Shown here one piece after another: positions 1 through 11,472 of a stretch of 64,000 bases of DNA. The translations under genes and the position numbers were made by a program. This DNA is from Octopus bimaculoides (Eukaryota), in NCBI RefSeq assembly GCF_001194135.2, contig NC_068982.1, positions 129,296,105 to 129,360,104 on the forward strand, given 5' to 3'. Position 1 is the stretch's first letter; each line of letters begins with the position of its first letter. Below the pieces are notes generated by a model that saw nothing but the letters and a program-made list of their open reading frames with translations, was not told where the DNA came from and made no database searches.

Positions 1-804
1 ACACTGCAAATCTACATCACCTGATTAAAATCACCGTGCTAAGCTGAGTTAATCCGTAGTAAACTTTCATCCCTCTTGCTTCAAATAGAACATCTGCTCT
101 CTTTATCTTTAATCCCAGTTTACATTTAATTTTGTCTTTTGTTTGACGATTCTTTTAACTACTGAAAATATCAGAGTAAAACTCAGCACAAGGTTACTGA
201 GCTCTCTCGTTTTCTCTTTTTTTCACACCCTCCTCTCTCTCTCTCTCTCTCTCTCTCTCAAAAGAATAAAAATTAAAAATGTAAAAAATAGGTTTTCGCC
301 AGATTAATCATTACTGAAAAGGTTTTCATTATACATATTTTATTAATGGTGTTAAGTAGAAGCGAATTTCATTTTGTCGATATTGTTTGCGTGTCCAACA
401 GTCAATTTTCATACAAGGAATAATTAGCCAGACAATTAACCTCATTTTCTATTTCACTGTATTTTTAACATCACAGATTTTTGCTCGCTAAATTCGTCCA
501 AAATCTTTAGGCTGTCTCTTGTACTTAAAAGAGATATTAACGAAGAGAAGGGTGAGATTGAAGAGGGATTCGAAATCACAGAAAGGAAAATAACAAAAAT
601 GTAACTGAGACAGAAAGAGAGAGACAGAGGGAAGGAGAGAGAGGGCAAAGGAGAAATGGGGGGAATATATGTGCACGTGAACATCATCGATAGCGGATCT
701 TTATTAGATCATTTAATTAGTGTAATTAGTACTTATTAATATAACTTTCGAAATCAACTTCAATCAATGAATCGGAGTGTCTTACAAAGTGATTAAAGTG
801 ACGA

Positions 805-960
805 ATTTGCAGAGTCGTTAGAGCATCGGGTAAATTGCTTTGAGTTATTCTTTTTGGCTCTCAGCATTAAGAAGTCAAATACTACAGAGGCCAACTGTGT
901 CGTTTCTTCTTTCGTGGTCGATAAAGAAAGTACCAGTTCTATGCTGGGATAGATTCTTTT
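805..960 (+). mobile_element. degenerate tRNA-derived SINE, family A
   Basis: gcagagtcgttagagcatcggg...gtcgataaagaaagtaccagtt matches the head and body of better-preserved family A copies (e.g. 27586-27795). Confidence 0.6.
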
Positions 961-965
961 CTCTT

Positions 966-1038
<73 letters not shown>

Positions 1039-1454
1039 CCCTCTACTCTCTGGAAGAAATCAGCTGCAGCAAAACCTAGAAAGGGATGCGTTCCACTAGT
1101 TCTAAAAAATGTCAAGACAAGCCGCATGTCATGACGGCGCTCCAACGACTCCGCCAGGAATTGAACACCCTAAGGCAATGCAAAGCAAGCAAAATGCTTG
1201 CGTCGTAGATTAGAAAACCGATAAAGTAAAATTAAGATAATACGAAAAAAACCATTGGGAAAACCTGGCACATGTAGTCATTAAGAGCTAATGAGGCGCA
1301 TAGATTTTTCTAAAAATTAAGCTGTTATGAAATTCATGTCAACGACCTAATAAATAAGTGGATTACAAGTCTTAGTCGAAAAATATATGTAAGTTCCTGG
1401 TTCGAATCCAGTCTGGTATGAGACGGCAATATTAGTTGCTAATTTAGATACAGG

Positions 1455-2210
1455 ATTAGCATTTTGAGGGGATGGGGCTGGTCGATACCCTCGATTCCAG
1501 TTCTTAACTGGTAATTTAGGATCTTTTTTAAAACGGGGGACACATTTTTCATTAACGAAACACTTTGAAACTTGGAACACTGGTAGAATGTGTCATATAA
1601 AACATCTTTTTCTCTTAGTCTTCTTAAAAAAAAAAAGAAATCCCTAAGTTATTCCATGCTAAAGTTGTCGTATTTCTGTAATTTCAACCAATCACTGACG
1701 TCCATTCAGCCGATATACATTAAGTGCCGACTACATAAACAAACGATTCTGAAACAATTCTATCGGTGATAAGGTTAGGGTTAGGGTTAGGGTAAAACAG
1801 CAAATTTAAAATGAAAAAAGCAAATAAAACGAAGGTATGGAGATTAAATACGCTATACATCGCTTAATCAGCCAAAGGAGTAAATGTAAACAACTGAATA
1901 CTTGTCAGTGATTGGTTGAAATTATCGAAATAAGACAATTTTTTACATGAAATAAATTCGAATACAAAAATATTTTTCTGTTCTATAACACAAAATAGAT
2001 AAGTATACGAAGTTTGAAAGTCTTTCGGTACCAAAAACACTATGTAAAACATTAATGAAAAATGTGGCCCCCGTTTTAAAAAAATCCGTAATTTATTTTA
2101 TCAGTCCCAGAGGGATGAAAGACAAAGTTGACCTAGGTGAGGTTACAACCAGAACATAAAGAACCAATATAAATACTGCAAGGCATTTTTCTAATGCCCT
2201 CGCAATTATG
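1455..2210 (-). mobile_element. SINE family A copy split by a MITE insertion
   Basis: The SINE 3' part (1455-1518) and 5' part (2088-2210) are colinear once 1519-2087 and one TSD copy are removed. Confidence 0.75.
1519..2087. mobile_element. 569-bp MITE with GG-starting ~36-bp TIRs, 8-bp TSD and internal (TTAGGG)3
   Basis: TIRs ggatcttttttaaaacgggggacacatttttcattaa (1519-1555) and ttaatgaaaaatgtggcccccgttttaaaaaaatcc (2052-2087). Perfect TSD gtaattta at 1511-1518 and 2088-2095. Internal IR at 1681-1699 / 1904-1922. Confidence 0.9.
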
Positions 2211-2677
2211 TAGGGTAAGGCAATTTCCTGGAGATGTAGAAAGCCTAACGGAAAATTTATAAGTCTTCGAATTGCAAAATGCATCTTAGCATATCACAAG
2301 AAAAAAAATAGACAAAGAAATTTCGTTCAGTCGTTTACAAATTCAGAGTATTTCTTTACCATGTGGAAAAGTTTTATCCAAATTTCTCCCTATCAGGTTA
2401 GAGTTACTATTGAGCAAAGAAAAAGAGATTCTGTTATACCTTATCCCTAAGTGTTCTGTCTTGATCGCAATCTTGTTGCAACATATATTTATGAGAGGAG
2501 CTACATATCTTTCGCAGTCAGTTTTCCCTCAATAAGAATCTACTCATAATTCTGAGCAAAAATTATACTGACCAATAAAAACGCTTTCTTAACACTGAAC
2601 CTCCATCAAATATAGAACAACACTTTTAAATAAAGAATGACACATTAACAATAACTTTATGAATTTTTTGCGATATT

Positions 2678-2880
2678 GGTTTCAAATTTTGGAAGAAGGC
2701 CAGTAATTCTGGGGAAGGGACGAGCCGATTACATCGATTCCAGTGCTTAACTGGTACTTATTTTATAAACCCCGAAAGACTAAGACGACCTTGGCGGAAT
2801 TTAAACACAGAACAAAGACTGACGAAATGCCGCCAAGCACTTTGTCCGGTATGCTAACGATTCTGCCAACTCGCTGCCTT
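2678..2880 (-). mobile_element. SINE family A
   Basis: ggtttcaaatttt...aactggtacttattttat...ttctgccaactcgctgcctt; matches family A consensus. Confidence 0.85.
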
Positions 2881-4368
2881 AAATTCTTTATCATATTAAA
2901 AGGAAGTTATCTGCATATTAGGCTAACGTCAATAAAAACTGTTCTCATTCTTATTTTATTGATTCATACGTAGCTATTTGATTGGATTTTATTCAGTTCT
3001 TCATAAAGAAAATGTCCCGTTTTTTTATATATATTTTTATTTTCTAAAACACCTCTCCATTTTTAAATATCCTTTAGTTCTTTTTCCAGCGTGGAAGAAC
3101 ATTCAAGATTAGTTCCTTTCTTTGATATCTGGCATAAATAGGAGACATTATAAATTATAAAGAGAAATTAAAAAATATTCTATAGTGTTCGTGTCTTTCT
3201 TTTGACCATCAGTGATATAAATGAAGTGAAATAACTCCGACTAGGATTTGAAACTCAGCCGAGAATTCAGCTCTGACCCTGACCAAACGAACATTTCATC
3301 ACGTCGAACATCTGTCTATTTGTCTGTCTGTCTGTCTGCCTGTCTGTCCCCCTCTCTCTCTTTCTAGTGAGGTTTAAGACTGAATGATAAGAACGCTGTT
3401 TTAAATCTTTGAATACTTATCAAATAATCTACTGTATGATGAAATGGATTAGCTTAAAATTGTATTCTTCTAATCCCGGTATTGTCAAAAAAAAAAAAAA
3501 AGGATTATGCAAAAATGATGTTTCAGTACTTTATAACTTTGTACTATTCTCTCTTCTGGATCAATATATTTGAAGATCGTAATTAATTGTTAATATTCAA
3601 ATGTAGTGATTATAGAGTGTGCAATGATTGTATACCCCCACACAAAGTTAAGTATGGATTGCGTTTTACAACTGACAGTCTGTAAACAGATTTTTTAAAC
3701 AAAAATAGACCTTGGATCAATGATATGGATTCTACAACAGCTGGAGTTCCAATCTGCATGACTTCTATTATGACAGCCTGATAAAATATCAATTTCCAGA
3801 TATTCATTTTCCAACATATCAAAGCCGGTTTGGTGTTGAGTAATTTCTTTATCTAAAGTATCTCATTGCTTACACTTAAAATCACAGAGTCCAGTTTAAT
3901 TTTTCATTCCTTCGGTACCAATAGAACTAGTTCTAAAGTTTTGCTTCGTCGACCACAAAATAATTTTACTAACTCTATAATTTTATTTCTAGTTCTCAAA
4001 TCTGACAATAAAAATCTTGAAGCTGATTATTTTAAGAAATGCAGTTTTAAATAATGGTTCTATTGACGTGATGAAAATGTCAACAACGATAGCATACACA
4101 ATATCAACAGTAAGACAAAAATTACACTCCTAATCTATTCGAGTCATTAGGGGAATTTTAATGGAAAGCTAAATTACTAATTTGAAGACCAGGTTTAATA
4201 CTCTTATAAAGAATTTTTTTTTTTTTTAGATATCTAACGAAGAAACGTGTTAAAGGACATATAACTACCATTACTTAGGAAACTAAAACCTGGATTAAGA
4301 GAGTAACCTTCTAACACACTGCTAATATATTTAATCAATTGTATTCAAGGGAATTACGTTAAATCGTC

Positions 4369-4886
4369 AGTTATAGCAAGTAAGGCTGATACAGAAATTT
4401 ATAAAGTCAGATAATGTATATACGTATTTACATTTTAAACAAAGCTTAGCGTGCAGATATGAAGAGTGCATATGAGAGAGAATAAAAGCGTTAGAATCGG
4501 CGATGAAGTTTGAACATGCAATGACCATAAAGCTACATGTCCTTATCGGTACCCTTCATCAGCATTACCATCTTTACGCTATCGAGCATTGAATTTTAAG
4601 ATGGTTTTGAACCTTGCACAATTGCGACTTGTGTCTCGCCTATGTGTTTTGACTTGACTTCGTTTTAAATAGACCGCAAAAGTTTCATCTTACATATATA
4701 TATATATAGCTTTATGTAGCTTTATGGTCATTGCATGTTCAAGCTTCATCACCGATTCTAACACGCTTTTATTCTCTCTCATATGCACTCTTCATATCTG
4801 CACGCTAAGCTTTGTTTAAAATGTAAATACGTATATACATTATCAGTCTTTTATAAATTTCTGTATCAGTCTTACTTGCTATAACT
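4369..4886. repeat. long inverted repeat / foldback element (about 170-bp arms, 175-bp spacer)
   Basis: 4369-4538 is the reverse complement of 4714-4886 with only a handful of differences. Confidence 0.92.
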
Positions 4887-5639
4887 TTTGGGACTTTTTC
4901 TATATTTCTGATGAAGAGCTCCGCTTGAAACGTGAAATCCTCTTTCTTTTCTTTCCTTTCCTGAGCGTCCAATAACACTGTACTTATTCCACGTCCTCGC
5001 GTTATTGTCTTTTCTTGCTTGTTCATGTTTGAATTGATTATNNNNNNNNNNNNNNNNNNNNNNNNNNNNNNNNNNNNNNNNNNNNNNNNNNNNNNNNNNN
5101 NNNNNNNNNNNNNNNNNNNNNNNNNNNNNNNNNNNNNNNNNNNNNNTATGTATGTATACATATATCTAACGTTGAGATGGTTATTGAAATTGAAGTTATT
5201 GAAATCATTTTAAAGGAAATAATTCTTTTATTTTTTGTCAGCCAAACAAAGAATACATGTTTAGATTATTAGAAAAAAGAAAAACGAAACGAGCGATTAA
5301 AACATAACGGAAAAAAACTCAACGGCACATTGCATTACACTTTAGTGTAATAATCTGGGGCCACATTGGTCATTACCTTGAATCATCCATTATTTCTCAG
5401 GTTTTCTTTCTCTTCTTTCTTAAGGGCCACCACTAACCCTGTTCATTTTTATTTCTTTAAATTCAACTTTCTTTGCCTAGATAATATTAGCAGCCTCTAC
5501 CACATGTTTTAATAAGTACCTCCAATGGCGTACTGACAATCTAGTTTGTTTTGCAGATGTGTCGTAGAGACACCCTACCCAGAAATTATTGTTGTTGTTG
5601 TTGCAGATGTTGTTTCCAAAAACTTCCTACGACTTCCAC

Positions 5640-7070
5640 ATCCTAAAATGTTAAACCTTGCAACATACGGGAGAGGATGATACATGACATTAAAGAATTT
5701 GATTAAAGATAAAACTGTTCAAACAACTAGTTTGTTAAGTCCTCGAACATTCTTTTTTAGATCTGATTTGATACTTAAAATGGAACAGCTCCTGAGTGTG
5801 TGGATCGATGATGACACCTAGACGTAACATGCCGATAAATACCTTGGCTATTTAAACTAAAACTAAGTTTGTACGACGGTTTGCAGAAAGTAGAACGAGT
5901 AACTTCTAATGCAAAGCAATTTCTTGTTAATAAAAGCTGATTTGAAAGGTTTAAGAGGCACTTTATTTTTGTACATTAAAATGAACAAGGAAACAGCCAC
6001 TCCTGTAAAATAGTTGTTACTAGTTATTCGGAGGAGCAGAACAAAATATTTGTTAGAGGAGGTTGTACACCAAAACAAGTGCATGATGTTGATGAAACCG
6101 GGATTCTCTGGAAGCAAATGATTATTGGTAAAGAAAAATCAGCCCCAGTCTTTGAAGCTTCCAAATATCGTCTAACGCATTTTTATGAGTGGGGTGGGGT
6201 ACTGCTGAGGAATGAAATTAAAGCCCCTTACTTGTAGTTCACTCTGAAAACTGAAACGCATCCAAAGGCTATTTTAATGCAATCTATATTTGATTTCATG
6301 TTCAAATGAGAAGGCTTGGGTGATACAACGAGCTTTCTCTGAGATTGATTTACAAACATTTTGCTGTGTTATAGAAGAATATAGTCTCATGATTAATATT
6401 TACAACAAAGTATAGCTCCTTTTAGACAATTCACAAGTGACCATAAATTATCTTTTTGATGATGAGTGAGTTGAATATATCCCTAAGAACACAATTTCCT
6501 TGGATAAAGAAGTGATAGCTAACTTCATCGATATGTTACTTTAGAATAACTCGTAAATACAATTGATAGGTAAGTTAAAACCTATAGTTCGACTTTTAGA
6601 AAATATTTAGTATTATAGAAGCTGTAATTATTATAGCCGAGTCATCGTATGAATTGAAACCTTCAGCTTAGAATAGTGTTTGGCAAAAATACAATCAGAT
6701 TGTATCCGTAAGGTTAGGGTTTCTATCCGTGAAGAGTTTTTTTTTTTTTCAGGAGAAAGCCTATGTCAGGTGCAACATTGCGAGACTAGAAAATGGTGCA
6801 AGGTTTGAAGAAGTCGTCGGTTGAGTTAGGATCGAATCGACCTTAAAGAATATAGCTAAATAATGGACTTTGCTGATAACATGATCCTAAACCTGAACGT
6901 AAAATAAATAACTAGAGGAATTCATAATGAGCTCAGTTTTTACACTGATCTGTACAAACAGAAGATACGTCGTAAACGCCTCACAACTTTGGATATGTTC
7001 TTTACTCCTTCAACAGATACAGATGATGATGATGGTCACGATGACGATGACGATGATGATGATGACGTAT
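5640..7070 (+). mobile_element. degenerate Tigger/pogo DNA transposon (transposase pseudogene)
   Basis: Frameshifted remnants MEQLLSVWIDD (5780), VHDVDETGILWKQM (6079-6120), LLLDNS (about 6415) and C-terminal LYKQKIRRKRLTTLDMFF (about 6950-7004), typical of the Tigger/TIGD CENPB-HTH and DDE domains. Confidence 0.85.
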
Positions 7071-7072
7071 AA

Positions 7073-7783
7073 CAGGGGTGTCAAACTTGTTTGGTTTTAA
7101 GAACCGGATTAAATCATAAACTAGCTACCAAGGGTCGGATAACAACAATTATCCTTAAAACTCAATTCATAACGTAGGCCAAAGTAAATGGATAATGGGG
7201 ACAATAAACATTATAATAACTTTATTAACAATGAAGAAAGGAAAGAATATGAGGTGTCAACAAAGTTTGTGCGCAGAAATGTGTGGAAATATCCATATGG
7301 TATACATAGATTATTAAGAAAGAATCCCTAGAGAAAAAGCAGAGATAGAAATTGTCCAAATAAAAGTATACAGTTCTTGAGATGACCAATGCTTGATAGA
7401 AAGTTGGTATTGTTTCAGTTGTAGAATTTTTCAATATTGTTCACACTAGTGGAATCCATTTGGCTAAACACATGCGTAAATTTGAAACATAAGTTGACTC
7501 AACGTTACAGATAAAGTGAAGGGGAAATAGGTCACATCATTTAGTATCTGGTTTCGAAAGTTTTTCCATTGGTTGAGATATATAAAAAACGTCCCTTAAC
7601 GAGCACTGATTCGACTAATCTGTACTGATGTTATCACGGTTCTAGCCGAGCTCAGGCTCTGAACACATGCTAGTGACACACATTTAACATAATAATTAAA
7701 AAGTATTTAATGATAATTTTTATTTAAAAAATTGAGTCAGGGAGGGCTAAACATAGCTGCAGGACATACGTTTGACACGCCTT
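7073..7783. mobile_element. non-autonomous hAT-like element
   Basis: Ends caggggtgtcaaac (7073) and gtttgacacgcctt (7770-7783) are an imperfect TIR pair of hAT/Charlie type; the TSD is only partly recognisable. Confidence 0.6.
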
Positions 7784-7930
7784 CTCTACAAAACAGAAGA
7801 TAGTACTCCTCTTCCTTTCAGTAATTTCTATTTTACCAATTCTCTTTACGCTGCAGTCAACATAATTTGTGATGAGTAAGTATCGTAATAGGATATGACT
7901 GTATTCTCATTCATTCCCTTACATTTTTCT

Positions 7931-8030
7931 TTTCAAATGATCTTACGTAAACTGTGCTGCGTATTTCAAATGATCTTACGTAAACTGTGCTGCGTATTTC
8001 AAATGATCTTACGTATACTGTGTTGCGATA
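7931..8030. repeat. 33-bp minisatellite, 3 copies
   Basis: tttcaaatgatcttacgtaaactgtgctgcgta twice exactly, plus one diverged copy. Confidence 0.95.
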
Positions 8031-8359
8031 TTTTAATATCGTAGAATCCATTCGGATGAACAGGTACATAAAATTGCAAAGATAAATAAAAAAAACAGAC
8101 AAAAACTCCTGCTTGATTCAGCGTGTATAGACAGAGTGAAGAAGAAATAGATCACATCTTTTGATATATGAATTCATGCACAAAAGATGTATTCTTTTTT
8201 CCGAATGAACTCTGTCAGAATGCATCTCAGTTTGTAATGTGGAAATCAATGAGAAAATAGGTTTCGCATTACAGAATTCCGCATAGCAACAATATTTAAA
8301 AGAATACAGGATACTGTAACGCGGGAGAGGCCAGAATTTTAGATATTTGTAATACTTAC

Positions 8360-8579
8360 CAACAACAGTTGGTTCCAGGTCAACAAAGACCGCTCTGGGG
8401 ACATGCTTCCCAGCCCCAGTTTCACTGAAGAAAGTACTAAACGAATCATCTCTCCTCGGTTTCTTATCTGAAGGTACTTGACCATCAGGTTGAATTTTGT
8501 GTTCAAGACAGTAGAGTTCCCAACAAGCATTACCAATTTGTACACCTGCTTGTCCAACGTGGATACTGATACATTCCCT
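8360..8579 (-). CDS. TUBA: alpha-tubulin coding exon (codons 2-74 plus 1 nt; equivalent to canonical exon 2), divergent K40 loop
   Basis: The reverse complement reads tttatttctttcag|AGG GAA TGT ... ACT GTT GTT G|gtaagt. It translates without stops to [73 protein letters not shown], a clear alpha-tubulin N-terminus. The phase-0 intron after ATG and phase-1 intron after EPTVV match the conserved alpha-tubulin exon structure. Confidence 0.97.
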
Positions 8580-9151
8580 CTGAAAGAAATAAAGGAATAC
8601 ATGGTTATAACTATGATGTACCTTTAATTTCTACGAGATGCGCCCCAGTCTCAACCGAAGACGTCAAGGGAGAAAAGTTTTTACATATAAAGATACAAAC
8701 AGTTGAGGTGTCATACAATTGAAAAACTGATGTTTGTGTGTTATAAAAACATTATTCCTTTGTTATAAAATTTATAATAAAACTGAATGAATGAGATTGT
8801 ATTAAACTAGAGTCGATTCGATCAACCAAACTCCTTTACATGTAAGTGATCATATGCCACCACAAGAAATAATTCAACAGCAATATTATAGTTTACCATG
8901 CCAGAAAATTCTATAAAAATAAAGATAAATAAAGATACTAATGTCTTTCCTTGGTCTCAGAATTTCTGATGAAATTGTAAGAGTACCGTCTTGGACAGTC
9001 GTAGACCGGGCGGTGCCCTTCCATCTCCAAGTCTGACCACAGAAGATCTCTTGCTAGAAATGAGAAACAGACAGATAGAAGTAGGAGAATCGATCCTAGT
9101 AGAGGACTGGTGCTTTATTTATCGATCATGACAAGCAAAGTTGACTTCAAG

Positions 9152-10194
9152 TGTAGCGTAGACTCTCTATATACGTACATTCGAACGTAGCAGGGAACAG
9201 CTAGCCTTCGGCCGGTGTTTGTATCCCGTTGAGTCCACTACTCTGATTGGTTGGTATTGGTGCAATTTATCTCTTACTCTGTTGTGCCAACTGACTGCGG
9301 ATAGCCAGTCAGAGGTTTTATATAGCATCACGTGAACAACCTTTTTCGAACCCTTTTCGGGCCTACTGATCCTTATAAAAACCCAGCTTTTTCCTCATTA
9401 TACATCTTTGGTTCCTCCTTTTAAGGTCTCGCCACTGACCACACAAGACACAACCACTTCCAGCGACAACCCCACAGCAGCCACGTCGAGACTTACCAAC
9501 TTCGTCCAACAGCATTCAGCGACCTCCACCTCTGTCCCCGCCATCATCCTAACGTCAACATCTTTACGTACACAACTCAAACAAACAACTCGCCCATGTT
9601 TCAACACTTCTCTGTTCGTGAATTACTTCACCATGAATCAACAGTGAATATACAACCTGCGAGAACTCCCGTACCAAATGACCCAAACAGCAACATCACA
9701 GTCACAACTTCACGTATGACATGTACCTATAACCGCTCAGCATCACGGCCGCAACTTCTTGATACAGTATTTCGACTGCCGTGTACAATTGACTACGAAC
9801 AAGTATTCTCATTCTTGCGTCTATGGACTTCTCACTTCGATGGCTATAGACTCTTTCACTGTCTTTTTCTTCATTGCCATTCCCATATGTTCTTCACACG
9901 CACATACATCTATACTTACACACACACATACATTTTGTTCTCATGACAGTCTGTCTATTATTCTGTATACATGACACATACACAGACACATTGTTTACAT
10001 ATCAATAAATCTTCTCTTAACTATTCTACTCGGTTGTGTCTCTTTTCCCATCTGGCACTTATGTAGTATTCATTTTATATTTATTGTATCGACCGCGTGA
10101 TGTACTAAAGAGCCATTCTCATCACATCACATCGCACTGTCTTTACACAAGTTGTTTGAACTCACAAGGCAAAGAGCCGAAACGAATTCCAACA
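9152..10194 (+). mobile_element. probable solo LTR (Gypsy/BEL-like)
   Basis: Starts TGTAGCG, candidate end TCCAACA, inverted CCAAT (gattgg about 9245), TATA-like ccttataaaaaccc (about 9371-9384). Interrupts a SINE A fragment. No TSD found. Confidence 0.4.
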
Positions 10195-10249
10195 GGCAAT
10201 CTATCTGATACGAACTTCTCAACCAAATCATCTATAAAGACATTGTTAT

Positions 10250-10800
10250 AGATGGACATGCCAGAAAAAAAAATATTTGATAGTGAGTGTTTTATGATTA
10301 TAATTTATAGATCGGTGGTTACCAGAATCAGTAGATTGCCGTACAAATGCTTTATCGTATCTAGTTACGTCTTTTACTCGTATCTTGCTATTAATACCGC
10401 TCTGGCCAAAATACCTGACTCTTAAACAGCCTAGTCCACCGTGTTGCAATAAATTGATACGAACTATTTATGAGCAACTCACTTCGATCAGCAGTAACCT
10501 CTAAAACGTATAACTTCAGTAAGTAGTAAAGTCTTTAGGCTATGACCTCTGTATGCAGTACCTTCCATAACCTTTGATCTCTATAACGAATGACGTAGCA
10601 GCACTGTAAAATTAACAAATGTTTCATTCCAGCACTATTTTCCGTTTCTACTTTGATGCAAACATGATCCCTGTCATGATAACGGAGGTAGTCCATATAA
10701 AGTCTGCACTATGGTCTCTGCTACCAAAACCAACTTCCACTGTACTTATCCTTAGAGGGTGAATTTCAGTAGGTGTGTAATAATAGCACGAATTCCTATT
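10250..10800 (-). mobile_element. possible old L1/Tx1-like LINE relic
   Basis: Minus-strand peptide LQHGGLGCL resembles the post-RT GGLG motif of L1/Tx1 ORF2; otherwise heavily decayed. Confidence 0.25.
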
Positions 10801-10834
10801 GCGTTCCACGGAGAATACACGCTATGTCTTATTT

Positions 10835-11053
10835 GATTTCCAATTTAGGCACAAGGTGTAAAGTTTGGCCGGAGGTGGGAGGTTAGTCTGTTTTATCGTC
10901 CATGATACTTGATTATCTTTTTATTTTATCGACCCCCAGAAGATTGAAAGGAAAATTTGACCTTTGAGGGTTTTAAACTCAGAACGGTAAGAGCCGGAAG
11001 AAATATCCGAAGGTATTGTGTTCGATACTTTAACGATTTTGCAACTCCACCAC
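10835..11053 (-). mobile_element. SINE family A (diverged)
   Basis: ggcacaagg...ttttatcgaccccc...aaactcagaacg pattern. Confidence 0.75.
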
Positions 11054-11214
11054 CAGCGCCGTCTTAGCAGCATTATAGGCCCCACCTCCTGTCAAATCAC
11101 TGCACTGGGACCTATAGTATTTATTGACAGCAATCCACAGCATACGCGTATAAGAATTGGACTCCTTGCCCTGTAGGTAACTGTCCCGTGACCCCATCCC
11201 TTAAGACGGCACTG
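11054..11214. mobile_element. 161-bp hAT-type MITE with perfect 8-bp TSD
   Basis: TIRs cagcgccgtcttag / cttaagacggcactg; TSD tccaccac at 11046-11053 and 11215-11222; related copy at about 27490-27854. Confidence 0.88.
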
Positions 11215-11241
11215 TCCACCACCCTTGTTAAATCTAATAAC

Positions 11242-11457
11242 GGTTCTTTTTTAGGCACAAAGCCAGCAATTTTGTTGGGAGGGTGTGTCGATACGATTTA
11301 CACCAGTATTTGACTGGTACTTTACTTTATTGACCCCAAAAGTAAAAATGGTAAAGTTGATCTCGGCGGGATTTGACCTTAGAATGTATAGCGCTGGACC
11401 AAATGTCATGTGATGTTTTTTCCGACGCCCTAACAATTCTGCCAGTTCGCTGTCCTT
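11242..11457 (-). mobile_element. SINE family A
   Basis: Full-length match to the family A consensus. Confidence 0.85.
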
Positions 11458-11472
11458 GCTAATTCTAATAAT

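Noticed and set aside
1775-1792. Telomere or chromosome end
   Set aside because: Only three units, internal to a TIR/TSD-bounded MITE
7931-8030. CRISPR-like 33-bp repeats
   Set aside because: Head-to-tail tandem copies with no spacers, in a eukaryotic context with no cas genes
8339-8602. Supplied 87-aa minus-strand ORF ([11 protein letters not shown]...)
   Set aside because: Wrong frame; the real coding signal is the alpha-tubulin exon in another frame of the same strand
9408-9946. Thr/Ser-rich ORFs (79 and 116 aa)
   Set aside because: Products of the C/A-skewed LTR-like block; no gag/pol or host motifs
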